A stretch of DNA of 64,000 nt from Octopus vulgaris (Eukaryota): NCBI GenBank assembly GCA_951406725.2, contig OX597819.1, positions 124,496,001 through 124,560,000 of the forward strand. Reading direction: 5' to 3'. How positions within the stretch are numbered: the stretch's first letter is position 1; the number at the start of each line of letters is the position of its first letter. Positions 11,101 to 25,500 of this stretch are shown here, piece by piece. A program made the translations under genes and the position numbers. Below the pieces are notes generated by a model. It was given only the letters and a program-made list of their open reading frames with translations. It searched no databases and was not told where the DNA came from.

Positions 11101-13016
11101 CCAAAAGGGCAATTTGGGAAACTTCAGCGGTCCGACTTGCCAGGAGGGAACGTCGGACTGCTGAACGGGAATACAGGTTGCATAAATCAGACACCAACAG
11201 GAAGAAGCGGAATAAATCCTCCAACCATCTCAAGCAAGTGACAAAAAAAGCAGTGCTTGAATTTGAACAGTGCATAGCAGCCAATCCTGACAGCAAGGTT
11301 TTCTGGAAATATGTGCACTCAAAGCAGAGACCTCACTCTCCAGTGGGCCCTCTTCGCAACCCTCACACAAACCAGATCACTGACGACCCCAAGGAATGCG
11401 CAGAACTCATTGCCGAGTGCTATGCAAACATATTCACTGTTGAAAGTCAAAATGTACCATCTTCACCATCACTAACAGCAAACTCCATAACAACTATGGA
11501 ATTTACACCTGCAATGCTGCGACGTCACCTTCAAAATAAGCGCAACTATGCCTCCCCTGGTCTCGATGGAGTTACATACCTGCTTCTCAAACGTGGCAGG
11601 CACTTCCTTTTACACCAGCTTTCTATTTTCTTCCAGTACTGTCTCAACAATGGTGCTACTCCGGAGCAGTGGAAAACTGCCAGTGTCATTCCTCTGTTCA
11701 AAAAGGGCGACCGCACATCACCTGTCAACTATCGCCCAGTCAGTCTCACTAGCTGTATTGCAAAACTGATGGAATCGTGTGTCAGAGAAACACTCTGGAA
11801 CTTCTGGAGCTCTCACAGTCTCATCCGACCCTCACAATATGGATTTGTCCCTAACTCCAGCTGCAGTGACCAGCTTGTCGAGTTCCTTGAGGACATTACT
11901 CAGATTACTGACAGTGGCTCATGGGTGGATGTTGTCTACCTTGACTTTGCTAAGGCTTTCAACTCTGTGCCACACAAAAGGCTTATGGTGAAACTCTCTG
12001 CAATGGGTGTGGGGGATGACCTTTTTAACTGGTTGAAATCCTTCATCCTCAGCCGAAAGGAGGTAGTCACAGTTCTAGGACAGCACTCTACACCATATGA
12101 GATGTCATCGGGTGTACCACAGGGATCTGTCCTTGGCCCCCTCTTGTTTGTGGCATACATTAACGACATAGATGCCAATTTAAAGAATGCCACAGTATTG
12201 AAATATGCAGACGACATCAAGCTGTACCTTGAAATCAAGAGGACAGATCCTGATGTCTACAACTCTTTCCTGCAATCAGACCTAGACACAATGCAGCAAT
12301 GGATCACAGACTGGCAACTGAAACTGGCTGTGGACAAGTGTACCACCATGCATTTTGGGAGAAAAAACCCTGCGTTCACATACTCCCTCCACAACACTGA
12401 TATCAAGAAATGCTCTTGCGAGCGTGACCTAGGCATCACTGTCAGCAGTGATCTGCGTTGGTCAAAGCATATCTCTAAGATTGTCAGGAAGGCCGAGGGT
12501 GTCTTGGCATCACTCAGCAGGTCTTTTGTTAGCCGCTCTCCAGCCATCTATTTAAAACTGTATACAGCTATGGTACGACCACACTTGGAATTCGCATCAT
12601 CAGTTTGGAACCCCTATCTTGCACAGAACATTGACCTCCTGGAATCTGTCCAGAGACGTGCAACCAAACGCATACCCTCCATCAGACACCTACCATATTC
12701 TGAGCGCCTTGTTTCCCTGGGCATGGATTCACTGAAGCTCCGGCGTTTGGCGACGGACTTGGTAAACACCCACAAAGTTATCAACCACCTCACCAACAAC
12801 AACACTGAACACCTTTTTGATCTCCATGTGTCTAACACACGTGGACATGCCTACAAAGTCAGAAAACAATACAGCTCCCATGACTTTCGGAAACATTTTT
12901 TCACGCTCAGAGTTGCTGAAGCATGGAATAAACTGCCTGCGTCAGTTGTTGACTGCCATGACACTGCATCTTTTAAGGCCCTCATGCTTTCCGAAATCCG
13001 CCGAAACTTCACCTGA
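11082..13016 (+). CDS. Reverse transcriptase portion of LINE ORF2 (joined to the endonuclease by one frameshift near 11081-11108)
   Basis: SPGLDG, NYRPVSLTS, QYGF, YLDFAKAF, GVPQGSVLGPLLF, YADD; more than 600 aa without a stop. Confidence 0.93.
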   Translation, partial: TKKKNRPKRAIWETSAVRLARRERRTAEREYRLHKSDTNRKKRNKSSNHLKQVTKKAVLEFEQCIAANPDSKVFWKYVHSKQRPHSPVGPLRNPHTNQITDDPKECAELIAECYANIFTVESQNVPSSPSLTANSITTMEFTPAMLRRHLQNKRNYASPGLDGVTYLLLKRGRHFLLHQLSIFFQYCLNNGATPEQWKTASVIPLFKKGDRTSPVNYRPVSLTSCIAKLMESCVRETLWNFWSSHSLIRPSQYGFVPNSSCSDQLVEFLEDITQITDSGSWVDVVYLDFAKAFNSVPHKRLMVKLSAMGVGDDLFNWLKSFILSRKEVVTVLGQHSTPYEMSSGVPQGSVLGPLLFVAYINDIDANLKNATVLKYADDIKLYLEIKRTDPDVYNSFLQSDLDTMQQWITDWQLKLAVDKCTTMHFGRKNPAFTYSLHNTDIKKCSCERDLGITVSSDLRWSKHISKIVRKAEGVLASLSRSFVSRSPAIYLKLYTAMVRPHLEFASSVWNPYLAQNIDLLESVQRRATKRIPSIRHLPYSERLVSLGMDSLKLRRLATDLVNTHKVINHLTNNNTEHLFDLHVSNTRGHAYKVRKQYSSHDFRKHFFTLRVAEAWNKLPASVVDCHDTASFKALMLSEIRRNFT

Positions 13017-14156
13017 TTATATATACACTTTAGATGAGTTGTAGTGCACCTGAGCACTGTACACAATTGTTATTATTATTATTATTATTATTTAATATTT
13101 TAGTTTTTCTTGCAATCTTTTAGAATAGCATTTGTAAAAGAAAGCTAAATAAATACTAAATGGAAATTATTTACTGTATTAGTAAAATAATGGAAATAAA
13201 CGGGCGTCATTGTTATCAGATGTGACATGGTTTTTTAGATCTACTCCTACCGACAAATTACAATTAAAAATCTGGATGTCTCTTAAAAGGACACCGCCGT
13301 AGAGTTAATAGAGTTTTTGTCACGAAAGTCTCCTTGCTCATAGCTCATAGTTCTTTAGCCTTCACTGGCACATTTTTGTGTTTTCTTACATTAAAAGAAA
13401 AAGCTTAAAAAAAAAAAGCTTGTTTAGTTGTTTAAATAACACGACATTGCCCCATGAGAAGTCGACTTGCTAGAAATAGCTGTCAAATCTACCGTCTTAA
13501 ATAAAGGATACAGCGCACAATGTAGTTCCAGATATACAAAAAAAAGGAAAAAATAAAAATAAACAAAAAACAGGGTGGTTATCGATTGTGTATGCGAATT
13601 AAGGGAACATACATACAGACAGATGCAGGTCTGTGTATACACTTGACAATAGGTGACTATACTAAAAATACTTACAAGCATTTGGGGACTTAATGAGAGA
13701 ACATTTATACGTACACTTGTATTTAATACGATAACACACACACATTCGCTTAAGAATGGGGATTAATAAGTAATAAAGCTGCTTAAATAATTAAGGTTTC
13801 CACATGACATAAACTAACAAATTTGGTAGATATTAAGGGATTCCTTAACGGCAGTATGTATAACACACTGAGATAAACGAACCTGCTAGAAATAGCGGCC
13901 AGATCTTCCTCAAATGACACTCTACTGATATAAAAAGAAGACCGTGTATATCATCCACTTCTTGTATGGGGAATGCCTTTGATCATAGCCTCTGTTGGAT
14001 CTGGGTCGATTTGGGGTTTATCAGCAACGTATCAAGAGAGATTAATACAAAACACGGTGACATACATACACTTTTATTTTACACACCTATCTAGTTACGC
14101 CTACATAGGCATTCTTTCGGCCTCTCTCCCTGTCCATATATTTTATATAAATCATA

Positions 14157-14217
<61 letters not shown>

Positions 14218-14226
14218 CTATCTATC

Positions 14227-14294
<68 letters not shown>

Positions 14295-14330
14295 GTCATC
14301 TGTCTGTCTGTCTGTCTGTCTGTCTGTATA
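14157..14330. repeat. (TCTA)n/(TCTG)n microsatellite
   Basis: Direct reading. Confidence 0.95.
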
Positions 14331-14816
14331 TATATAAATTCTTAGTGGTTGAGACCATAGCGGATCTTCTTCTAGCATAAGGGTTTCCACATAGTGGTTA
14401 AAAAATCCCTCTTATATTTATGTATAAATACTATTTACTGAATCTCAGTTTTTTTTTTAATATTCTAGACCACTGGTGTTAAAATTGATGTTGTCAAATT
14501 AATATTCAATTTTTCACCCTCATTTTGATTTTAATTTATATATATATATTTATATATATATAATGCGCGCACACACGCACAAACACGCACGCACATGGTC
14601 AGGCAGATTGACTTGTACACACGGAAATGTTTGTGAATATATACTCAATACATGTCTAAGAGAAAGAAGATAGAAGCAGTGTTGTATTGTTCAATTAGTA
14701 GGAAGTGTGCTGCAAAAAAGGGTCAGGTTTGCAAATGTGTATTGAAAGACTGACAGCTCAAAAAGTTCCGTGGGGGTCAGACGGAGTTGGAATTTAATAA
14801 ACACTTGAAAGGAAGA

Positions 14817-14832
14817 AGAGAGAGAGAGAGAC

Positions 14833-14888
<56 letters not shown>

Positions 14889-14892
14889 TGTG
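14817..14892. repeat. (GA)n microsatellite
   Basis: Direct reading. Confidence 0.95.
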
Positions 14893-15451
14893 TAAATTTC
14901 GCCGCGTGCGTGTGTGTATTTATATACAATCCAATTATAGATGTTTATGTTTTATAATTTTAAGTTGTATTAAAAAAGGCTGTTTTAAAAAAATCCTTTA
15001 AAGAATACTGTCGTTGAATGGCTTAACATTAATCGTTAAGGGAATCAGTTAATAAGTATTGCTGTATCGAACTAAAATGTCTTTCTTCTCATCCAGTTCG
15101 ATCTGTTTGATCATACCTACACGCAATACAATTTCCTTCCACAAGAAAGAACAGTTGTTTGTGTGATCTGGTTGTTAGTAATAACTGCGGTAGAATTAAC
15201 ATGTATAATTAAGGTGAGGCTTACATGTTATATTTACATCTTGTATATTTTTGGTTCGATATCTATCTGTCCGTTTGTCCATTTGTCCGTCTTTCTGTTA
15301 TCTTTGTATTTCCCCGCCTCTTTCGATTCCGTTTTACATTTATTTTATTTTCCTCGTAGAATCTTTCAAAATAAACTTAATTCGCCTTCAATAACACATT
15401 AAGTAAATGTTTAGTTTTCTCACACTTTAGTTTCTATTTTTTCTCTTTCCT

Positions 15452-15887
<436 letters not shown>

Positions 15888-16349
15888 CAAGTCCACGCGT
15901 ATCCGCGCGTGTTCTGTCACAAGCATGATAGATGTAAACATTTAAATAAACGAACCTTCTTCATGCACGCACTTGTGTGTGTGCGCGTGTGTGCGTGTGC
16001 ACGCACATAAACATGCATCTTGTTAACAGCAGGAGCACTGTAAACACAGTCACTTGCATTCAATCGGATGCACATATACACATACGCAACCTAAAACCTC
16101 TTTCCAGATACACTCACATAGGCATATAACAATCGTTATGCCATGTAATGTCTCTCCTCTGTCTTGTTAAGCGAGAGTAGGTGATTCACCATGCATTCAT
16201 CCGTGCAAGAGGAGCACTGGACAAGGATTAAATTCAATTCACCGAAATAAGAATAGATGTTGGATGCTGGCATTGTTCTCATTTTGGTGTCCTTTTGCTG
16301 TTAGTCAACGATCCTACTAATTAATGGTCGTTGGTCATTTCATTGTGAC

Positions 16350-16358
16350 CAGGTAAGT
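16350..16358 (+). other. Consensus splice donor CAG|GTAAGT ending a non-repetitive stretch (possible 5' exon)
   Basis: Perfect U2 donor followed by T-rich intron-like sequence; no transcript evidence. Confidence 0.3.
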
Positions 16359-17021
16359 CCTGATTATTTTGGAGCTTCGCTTATTTTTACTAACAAATCT
16401 TACGTTTTCAATTTTCTACACACATTTATTTTTAACTGATGTATTGAATATTGAAACGTATGTAATTTCGAGTTTGTTTTGGTTTAGCTTCTTGTTAATA
16501 ATCTCTATATAAACCTAGCCATCAATGTATCTACTTACATGCAATTCTCTTTCCATCACTCGCACTCCTTTATGAGTTCAAAATGCAGTTTTGCCTAATT
16601 TTACATCAGAATATCGATATGAAAACGATATATATATAAAAGAGTCAGTCATATATACTTGTTTCAGTCATTTGACTGCGGCCATGCTGGAGCACCGCCT
16701 TTAGTCGAGGAAATCGACCCCCAGGACTTATTCTTTGTTAGCCGGTCTTATTCTACCGGTCACTTTTGCCTAACCGCTAAGTTACGGGGACGTAAAGACA
16801 CCAGCATTGGTTGTCAAGCGATGTTGGAGGGACACAGACACACAAACACACACATATATACGACGGGCTTCTTTTAGTTTCCGTCTACCAAATCCACTCA
16901 CAAGGCTTTGGTCGGCCCGAAGCTATAGTAGAAGACATTTGCCCAAGGTGCCACGCAGTGGGACTGAACCCGGAACCATGTGGTTGGTAAGCAAGCAATT
17001 TGCCACAGAGCCACTCCTGCA

Positions 17022-17350
<329 letters not shown>

Positions 17351-17353
17351 GTA

Positions 17354-17384
<31 letters not shown>

Positions 17385-17559
17385 AGTGTGAGTGAGTGTG
17401 AGTGTGTGTGTGTGTGTGTGTGTGAGTGTATGTTTGTGTGTGAGTGAGTGTGTGTGTGTGAGTGAGTGAGTGTGTGAATGTGTGTTTGTGTGTGTGTGTG
17501 TGTGAGTGAGTATGTGTGTGTGTGAGTGTGTGTGTGTCCGTGTGTGTGTGTGTGTCCGT

Positions 17560-18960
17560 GTATGATGATGTAGATTCCGATTACATCGGAATTTGTTGTT
17601 AAAGATCTTTTCAAGGGTGGGGGAAAGGAGTTTCGGCAAATTTACACGAATCGGCTTTGTTTCCTCATAACTTTGAGAAAAACATGGATGTTGTTTTAGG
17701 GAATTTTCTACAAATACCTATCAGATGGTGTCGATTACCACTGTATCGGAATTTAATGGGGAAAATAAAAATTGTTGTGCATACACACGTGCATACAGAC
17801 ATACATGACAATTTTTTCCCCGAAATTTCAAGTTTCGGTTTGTGTCAGTATGTATACCCCCACCGACTTTGTTGCCTCATAACTTCCAGAAAAATGGATA
17901 GTTTTTAACGAAACTTTCAACAAATAATCGCTTAGATCCTATAGATTGAGTGTATGTAAAGATTTGCTGGAAAAAAATTTTCCGATGGCTTGAGAGGATT
18001 TCCGGAAAAATTCACACAACCCAATATTTCTCCCCTCACAACTTTCAGGAAAATTGGTATTTTTTAATGAAATTTTATACAAATTCCTTTCAAACGGTGT
18101 AGATTACGATTACAAAGAAATCTGTTAGTCAAATTTTTGGGTAAATTTTTACAAGTGCACCCCCACGCTTTTTAAAAAAAAAAAAAAAAAAAAATCGGAT
18201 TTTTCGCGTGGAATCAAGTTCCCTGAGCTACTATGCCGCAAATCCGGGAAAGACTTCCTCCTGTGCCCTCCCCATTTTCTCGCAAATTAATGTTTAAAAA
18301 AAATTTTTTTTTTGCCAAAAAACCACGTTTCGGATACGGAGATTCCAGAAAATTGCCAAAAAATCGGAATTTTGAAATTTTTTGCACTCCCTTAATCCCT
18401 CCTCCCCAATTTCTTCATTTTTCACTTTTTTCCATAACCCTAACCCTAAAACCCCAACCCTAACCGTAGCCCTAAAACCCTAACCCTAACTCTAAGTAGA
18501 AAAATGTTTGGAAATTTTTTTCATAATCATAATCTCCGTATTTTCCCGAATATTTTGAAAAAAAAAAAAATTCCGGAAAAGTTAAAAAGGAAGAATTTAA
18601 GGGGGCGGGGTGTAATTTCAAAATGCCGATTTTTGCCAATTTTTTTGCAGATTCATATTCTCTTGCTGAAAACTGGAGTTTGTGTAGAAAAAAAAAATTA
18701 AATAAAAAAAAGAGGGGTGTTTTTGGTGAGGTATAAAAGGAAGTCTTGTCCAAATCCCTCATTTTGGTGGTTCAGAAAAGCATCCCCCGGGGAAATTTCC
18801 GAGGGTTTCACTCCACCCCCACCCTCTGTTTTCCGGACAAAAAAGTGTTTTGTGGCATATTAGGTAGGAGGTCACCATAATTCATTCAATGAAATAAAAG
18901 CATTTTCCAATGATTGTGGGAAGTGGGGGGGGGGGTCACTTGGTTTCGAGTAAAAATATA
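17560..18960. mobile_element. Unclassified AT-rich DNA-type repeat with internal subrepeats, inverted segments and TAACCC tracts
   Basis: CCTCATAACTT..GAAAAA subrepeats shared with 240-500; 18290-18430 is inverted at 18540-18700; related to 55900-56310 and 57190-57440. Confidence 0.5.
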
Positions 18961-19949
18961 AATGACCATTTATTTCTTTGCTTATATCCCAGGAATGGAC
19001 TATGTGTGAGTTACTTTGGCATTATCATTCTATAATATGTGTTTATGGGGAGAAAAATATTTTTTTCTACTCTAGGCACAAGGCCCGAAATTTTTTTTTT
19101 GGGGGGGGTCAGCTGATTACATTGACCTCTGCGCAACTGGTACTTAATTTATCGACCCCCGAGAGGATGAAAGGCAAAGTTGACTTCGGTGGAATTTGAA
19201 CTTAGAACGTAAAGACAGACGAAATACCTATTACTTTACTACCCACAAGGGGCTACACACAAAGGAGACAAACAAGGACAGACAAACGGATTAAGTCGAT
19301 TGTATCGACCCCAGTGCATAACTGGTACTTATTTAATCGACCCTGAAAGGATGAAAGGCAAAGTCGACCTCGGTGGAATTTGAACTCAGAACGTAAAGAC
19401 AGACGAAATACCGCTAAGCATTTTGCTCAGCATGCTAACATTTCTGCCAGCTCGCCGACTTTGGGGAGAAAAATATTGAAAAACATCAATAGATGTGAGA
19501 GTGAGAAAGAAATGAGAGGGGAGGTCTTGGGATGTGCTAGAAACAACAGCCATATCTCCCTTAGATGACACATTTTCCTCTGAAATTATTAACAATTTTT
19601 TTTTCCATCAAAAATGTTTCTCTCACGGGTCTTAAGTGCGTAGGGAAAACAAAAAATGTTGGCCTAAAAAACAGCATAGATTTTCAAAAGTTTTTTTCCC
19701 TTTTTTTGTGAAAAGATGCCTCCCATCATTCTGAAGACTGCTGGAAAAGAATTGGAAAATATCCTTGTCAAAATGGAGAAATTCCAACTTATGTGGGCTG
19801 TGTGATCCAAAACTCCGTTTTCCGGAAACTCTTTCCCCTACCCCTTTCCAAAAAAATTTTGGTAAACTTTTACACCTGCCTTTTCTTCCTTTCCTATAAT
19901 TTAGTGTTTATCAAATTTCTTGGTGCTTAAGCAAAATTATGAAAAGAAA

Positions 19950-20489
19950 ACTGCCTGTGCTAGTAGGGTGCCAAGAGCACCATTCAAGTGTGATTGTTGC
20001 CAGAGCAGCCAACTGGCTTCCATGCCAGTGGCATGTAAAAGGGCGCCATTTGAATATGATCGTTACCAGCATCACCTTACTGGCACTTGTGCCCGTGCTA
20101 GTAGGGTGCCAAGAGTACCATCCGAGTGTGATCGTTGCCAGAGCAGCCAACTGGCTTCTGTGCCGGTGGCATGTAAAAGGGCACCATTCGAGCATGATCG
20201 TTACCAACGTCGCTTCACTGGCACCTGTGCCAGTGGAATGTGTAAAAATATTCGAGTGAGGTCATTGCCAGTACCGCCTGACTGGCCCCCATGCTGGTGG
20301 CTCATAAAAAGCACCCACTATGCTCTCGGAGTGGTTGGCATCAGGAAGGGCATCCAGCTGTAGAACCTTCGCCAGATCAAGATTGGACCTGGTGCGTCTG
20401 TCTGGTTCGCCAGCCCTCAGTCAAAATTGTTCAACTCATGCTAGCATGGAAAGCGGACGTTAAACGATGATGATGATGATGATGATGAT
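19950..20489 (+). mobile_element. Isolated RTE 3'UTR copy with (GAT)n tail
   Basis: Matches 4760-5308. Others: 1421-1522-, 1745-1984+, 23385-23843+, 24515-24567+, 25240-25562-, 27340-27635-, 28059-28601+, 30436-30688+, 40672-40960-, 45072-45357-, 49571-49775-, 56975-57190+, 57927-58317+. Confidence 0.88.
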
Positions 20490-21001
20490 ATCTGGGGTTC
20501 ACCAGGGTTGTGTCTTAGTTCCCACTATGTTCAATGCCTGCATGGATTGGATATTTGACTGAATGGTGCCTCAATTGAGTTGTGGTGCACATCATTGTTG
20601 AAACTAGGATTATAGACCTAGATTTTTCATTTTTAAGGATAATTTACTTTCACTATTTTACTGCATGTTAATCACCTTTCATTTGTGATCTCAAGCTCAA
20701 AGTGGACATGTCAACACGACTGGGCAATGTCCAAATTTCTTCAGAAAGATTTTTTATTACAATCAAAAGAAAATGTTTCAAGGTTTTTAACCCCATTCCC
20801 TTTTTCCTTTCTGTGATTTCATGTGTAAAAATATGGACATTGCTTATGATTCTGAAATGATTTTCTCTACAATTACATCTTTTTTCTCAAAAGTTTCATT
20901 GCTAATAGTTTACAAAAATATTCCACTTTCAGTTTGTGATTGTAAACCGAATCTTATATTTACAAGGAGTTTCTTTGTACCTCTTCAATCTTTTTGTGGT
21001 G

Positions 21002-21481
21002 AAGGAGGAATTACAACCGTGTTTCGTGGTCTGCTACCACAACAGCTCCTTTATAGGATCCAGTTAGCTCAAGACATCATCAGGAGGAACCATGTCCGGT
21101 TTTGGCCCCTACTCCTCTACCGTTTTGATGTGGCGGGGACCCCCCCACTTTCAGAGGTGTCTTCAGCTCTGGTGTTGGGTGTATGTCTTCTTTCTTCTTC
21201 TTTCTTCTGTTTCCTGGCCTCTTCGATGTATCGTCAGTGAGTGTCAGCCAGTGACTGACTGACTTGTCAAATTTTTCCCTTTAAATACCTGCTGCTAGGC
21301 TCCAGCAGGCAGCCCCAGCAAGTTGTCCCATGACACTGTCTCACCTTAACTGACTAGTGAAGGCGCATAGTCTTAGCCTGTGCATTCTCTAAACAACTGT
21401 CACCTGTCAGTTGGCGAAGCTGATTCAGTGTCAGCTTGTCTCACCTAGTGATGTTATTTCCCACCGGCATGTTATGACTTT
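21002..21481 (-). mobile_element. ~480 bp interspersed repeat, possibly a solo pLTR
   Basis: Near-identical copy at 52663-53110 with the same termini; truncated copy at 36343-36541; strand inferred from the truncation and from CTGATGA..GAAAC. Confidence 0.6.
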
Positions 21482-22508
21482 CAAGCCATTTTTGGTCTTC
21501 CTGCTTCAGCCATTAATATGGTTCTGAGAAAGATTTTTCCATGCAGGAAAAAACATTTTGCAATAAGTCTGATGTGTAAAAACACCCAGTCTCCTTGTAT
21601 ATTTGTGGGGAGTGCAGTGGCTATCAGAATAAACATAAGAGAAAGCAATTTTGACTGTATGCAAGCAGAACCTTTGACTTGACAAACCTGAGAGTGCATA
21701 AGTGCTGTTCATTAAGACTTGTCCTATTTGAGAAAGGGTGGACAGAACAAACATCTCATAGAAAGGAATATTTTTTTCTCCTGAGACAGCTGAATGTAAA
21801 TAATGTCAAAGGAAGTGAAAGAAGCTATTTTTTTTCACATTTCACAAACAATGAATAGAAACTACCTATCCCACACCTTTTGGCTTTGTGTTATCAATGA
21901 AAGGATACATCTGTTTGTAGATAACTTCTTTTTGTACCAAATAATATCAAGGGTGTGTTCTGAATGCAAATGGCTGTACTTTAATGGTGGTAGTGGGGGG
22001 AATCTTTTGACACTCTCCATTTTCTGTTTTTTATTTTCTATTTTTATGGGGTGGGTTATATATTTATCAGAGGCCTCATTTAATTAATGTTTCTAGGACT
22101 TCCTAGCTCATCAGCATCACCACCACCACCACTGCTGCCGCTGCCACCTATACTGCTCTCAGGTGATAGAGGAAGTAATGGGTGTTAGATGATGAAATGT
22201 AGGGGCCAAGAAAAAATCTTTAAAAAATACTTGTATGAATTAAAATACAAAAAAAATTTCAGTCTGATACAAACGCAAACTATTTCAATTTATATATTTT
22301 TGGAAAATAGACATGAATGTTCTCAAAGACTTTATAACAGGAGTGACCGTGTGGTAAGTAGCTTGCTTCCCAACCACATGGTGTCAGGTTCAGTCCTCTG
22401 TGTGTGTGGCACCTTGGGCAAGTGTCTTCTACTATAGCCTCAAGTCAACCTTGTGATTGGATTTGGTAGACGGAAACTGAAGGAAGCCTGCCGTATATAT
22501 GTGTATGT

Positions 22509-22564
<56 letters not shown>

Positions 22565-25500
22565 TTGTGTGTCTGTGTTTGTCTCCCCCACCCCAACATC
22601 ACTTGACAACCGAAGCTGGTGTATTTATGTTCCCTGTAACTTAGCGGTTTGACAAAAAAGACCAATAGAATAAGTACTAGGCTTACAAAGAATAAGTCCT
22701 GGGCTTGATTTGCTTGACTAAAGGCGGTGCTCCAGCATGGCTACAATCAAATGACTGAAACAAGTAAAGGAATAAAAGAATAAAAGAACAGTTGAAAAAG
22801 CCTTTTTTTTAATTCTATATTTCATTGTTAGCTGTTGCAATATTTTGATTGGTTAGATAATAGTACAGTTCGAACTATAAAGTCAGAATACCTAAGATGC
22901 AAAACCTGAGGAATTTCTTACCTTTCTCTGAAATCACAAATTTGAGTAAAAAATAGTACTTAGCAAAATGTAAAAGTTCGATCACAAACTAGTTACAACT
23001 GAAGAATTGAGATGCTTGGTGACAGTGGGCAAACAATATCTGTATCCATATATATATGTATAAAACTTATGTATAAAACGTACAAAAGGAGACAAGAACG
23101 CAAACTACACAAAGAGACGACACAAAAAAACAGACAGGTCATTCGAAGCCTCTAATCTTCAGTCAGGAACCGGATCATCTTAGCAATTTCGGCTGATTAA
23201 TCCTGATATTGCTCCAATCTGGCCAGCCCCAAGGAAAAACTAAGCTCCGAGCATTAGATTTCTTGGAAAAAATATCGAATGTAAACGAAACAAGGACAGA
23301 AAAACGGACGATGCCACGCCAATATAAATACAAGAAACAAAAATAAAAATAAAAATAAAAAACAAGAATAGTAATATCAAACTCAGTGACTGGCATCCGT
23401 TGCTAGTGGAGTACTAAGAGTACCATACGAGAGAGATCGTTGCCGGAGCAACAAGCTGGCACGTTAAGCACACCATTCGAGTGTGATCATTACTGTGTCG
23501 CCTTACTAGCACTTGTGCTGGTGGCACATGAAACATTCAAGCGAGGTCGTCACCAGTGCCGCTGGACTGGCTCCTGTGCAGGTGGCACATAAAAAGCACC
23601 ATTTGGGTGTGGCTGTTGCTAGTACCACCAAACTGGCCCTCGTGCCGGTGGCAGGTAAAAGCACCCACTACACTCTCAGAGTGGTTGGCGTTAGGAAGGG
23701 CATCCAGCTGTAGAAACTCTGCCAGATCAGATTGGAGCCTGGTGCAGCCATCTGGTTCGCCAGACCTCAGTCAAATCGTCCAACCCATGCTAGCATGGAA
23801 AGCGGACGTTAAATGATGATGATGATGATGATGATAATGATGATAGATATATATATACATAGATAGACACATATACATACACACACACACACAAACTTCT
23901 GTGTGTGTGTGTATGTGTGTGAGTGCGCGTATGCCTTCCCACATCTTGTTTTTGGTACAGAAAGAATTTTGTCATCAATTTTTATTGCCTTAGGAGGTTG
24001 AAGGCCATTGATCTGGGTACAAAGTGACCAGCTTTACACAGAGAGAGAGAGAAAGATGTGTGTTTGGTACACGACTATCTATCACTTACCAGCCGTGTGT
24101 GTGTGCATATACCCTCTGTGTGTGTGTATTTTTGTATGTATGTATAAGCAGACATCCCCACCTTTCACTGTTGCTTCTTTTTCTTGTTTTTTTTGGGGGG
24201 TGGGGGTTGAAGTTGAACTTTTTGGATTTCTCTCATTCTTCTTTTATCTCCCTAGGGAATTCGTTGACAAGCTTTTTCCATTTACCTTTTTTTGTTTCTT
24301 TTAAATTTATTTACAGTACACCCTTGTATTTTTCTCTCATCTGACTTGAAATTTTCAGTTAACTTTTTAACCAAAATAAATAGATGATTTATCTATGTAC
24401 TTTGATCTTAAAATGGACCCCCCCCCCCCTTGCAACTGTGGAGGCCCCTTGCGGTCGCAGGGGTTGCAGTGGCTTAGCCATGGCCCTGTGGCTATCTGTC
24501 TATTCTAGCACATAACCCATGCTAGCATGGAAAACGGACGCTAAACGACGATGATGATGATGATGATTACCCCTAATAAACACTTTGTTTGCTCTTAAGA
24601 CCACCTTCTACTTTGAAAGACTTCATCATTTTCACACGGCTGTGTAATTTGATGCTCAAAGTGGCTGCAGTTTCATTTAGAAGTGTTTATTTAATGAATA
24701 TAAAATCATATTGACTATATATCAGCAGGTTTTTTTTTTATCCACAGAAGAATTCTTACAAATAAATAAGCAAACAATTCCTGTACTTGTTAGGGTGAAA
24801 CGTATTTAATTTTTTGTAAACATACTAATTGTATGAAACTATTAATTAATTGTGCTTTATGATTTTTATTTGTTTAGAAACTAACAACAAAAACCATTTT
24901 AAAGGGAATATTAAATCCTGCTCAAATCAAAGATGTACATCTCAGATTTGCTTCTCTTTGACAGCTTTGTCTTGGCCCCCCAAGGCCACCTCAGAAGAGG
25001 CAATTATTATAGCTATGGTTGTGTCGGTTGTTGTTATTGGATAGCTCAAAAAAAATCTGGCAAATACATTAAACTTGTGAGCCACCCACAGACTTTAAAT
25101 GTGAAATGAGCGAGGGGATTATTTGCAGTTTTATTGTAATTTTGTGCAAAAAGATTTATTCCATACTTAAGTGGGGGATATCGTACTTAATGTAGTAAGC
25201 CAAGAAAAAAAATTTGAATTAATTAAAGTTGTATCCTTTCATCATCATCATCGTTTAACGTCCGTTTTCCGCGCTAGCACGGGTTGGACCGTTTGACCGG
25301 GGTCTGGGAAGCCAGGGGCTGCACCAGGTTCCGGTCTTATCTGGCAGAGTTTCTACAGCTGGATGCCCTTCCTAACGCCGACCACTCCGCGAGTGTAGTG
25401 GGTGCTTTTTACGTGCCACCTACACAGGTGCCAGGGGGGTCCGGCATCGGCCACGATCGGTTGGAGCTTTTAATGTGCCACGGGCACGGAAGCCAGCCAA

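Larger units (their letters stand above)
10232..13092 (+). mobile_element. CR1-like LINE: near-complete ORF2, 3'UTR and (ATT)n tail; no ORF1 seen
   Basis: APE endonuclease followed by RT; C-terminal RKHFFTLRVAEAWNKLP. Confidence 0.93.

Noticed and set aside
18434-18495. Telomere from (TAACCC)n
   Set aside because: Short, degenerate and internal to dispersed repeats (also 7490-7500 and 8255-8282)
20490-20620. RT-like peptide SGVHQGCVLVPTMFNACMDWI
   Set aside because: Probably a LINE scrap, but too short to delimit or classify
23130-23170. Hammerhead on the minus strand (CTGAAGA..GAAT)
   Set aside because: GAAA and the stems are not intact
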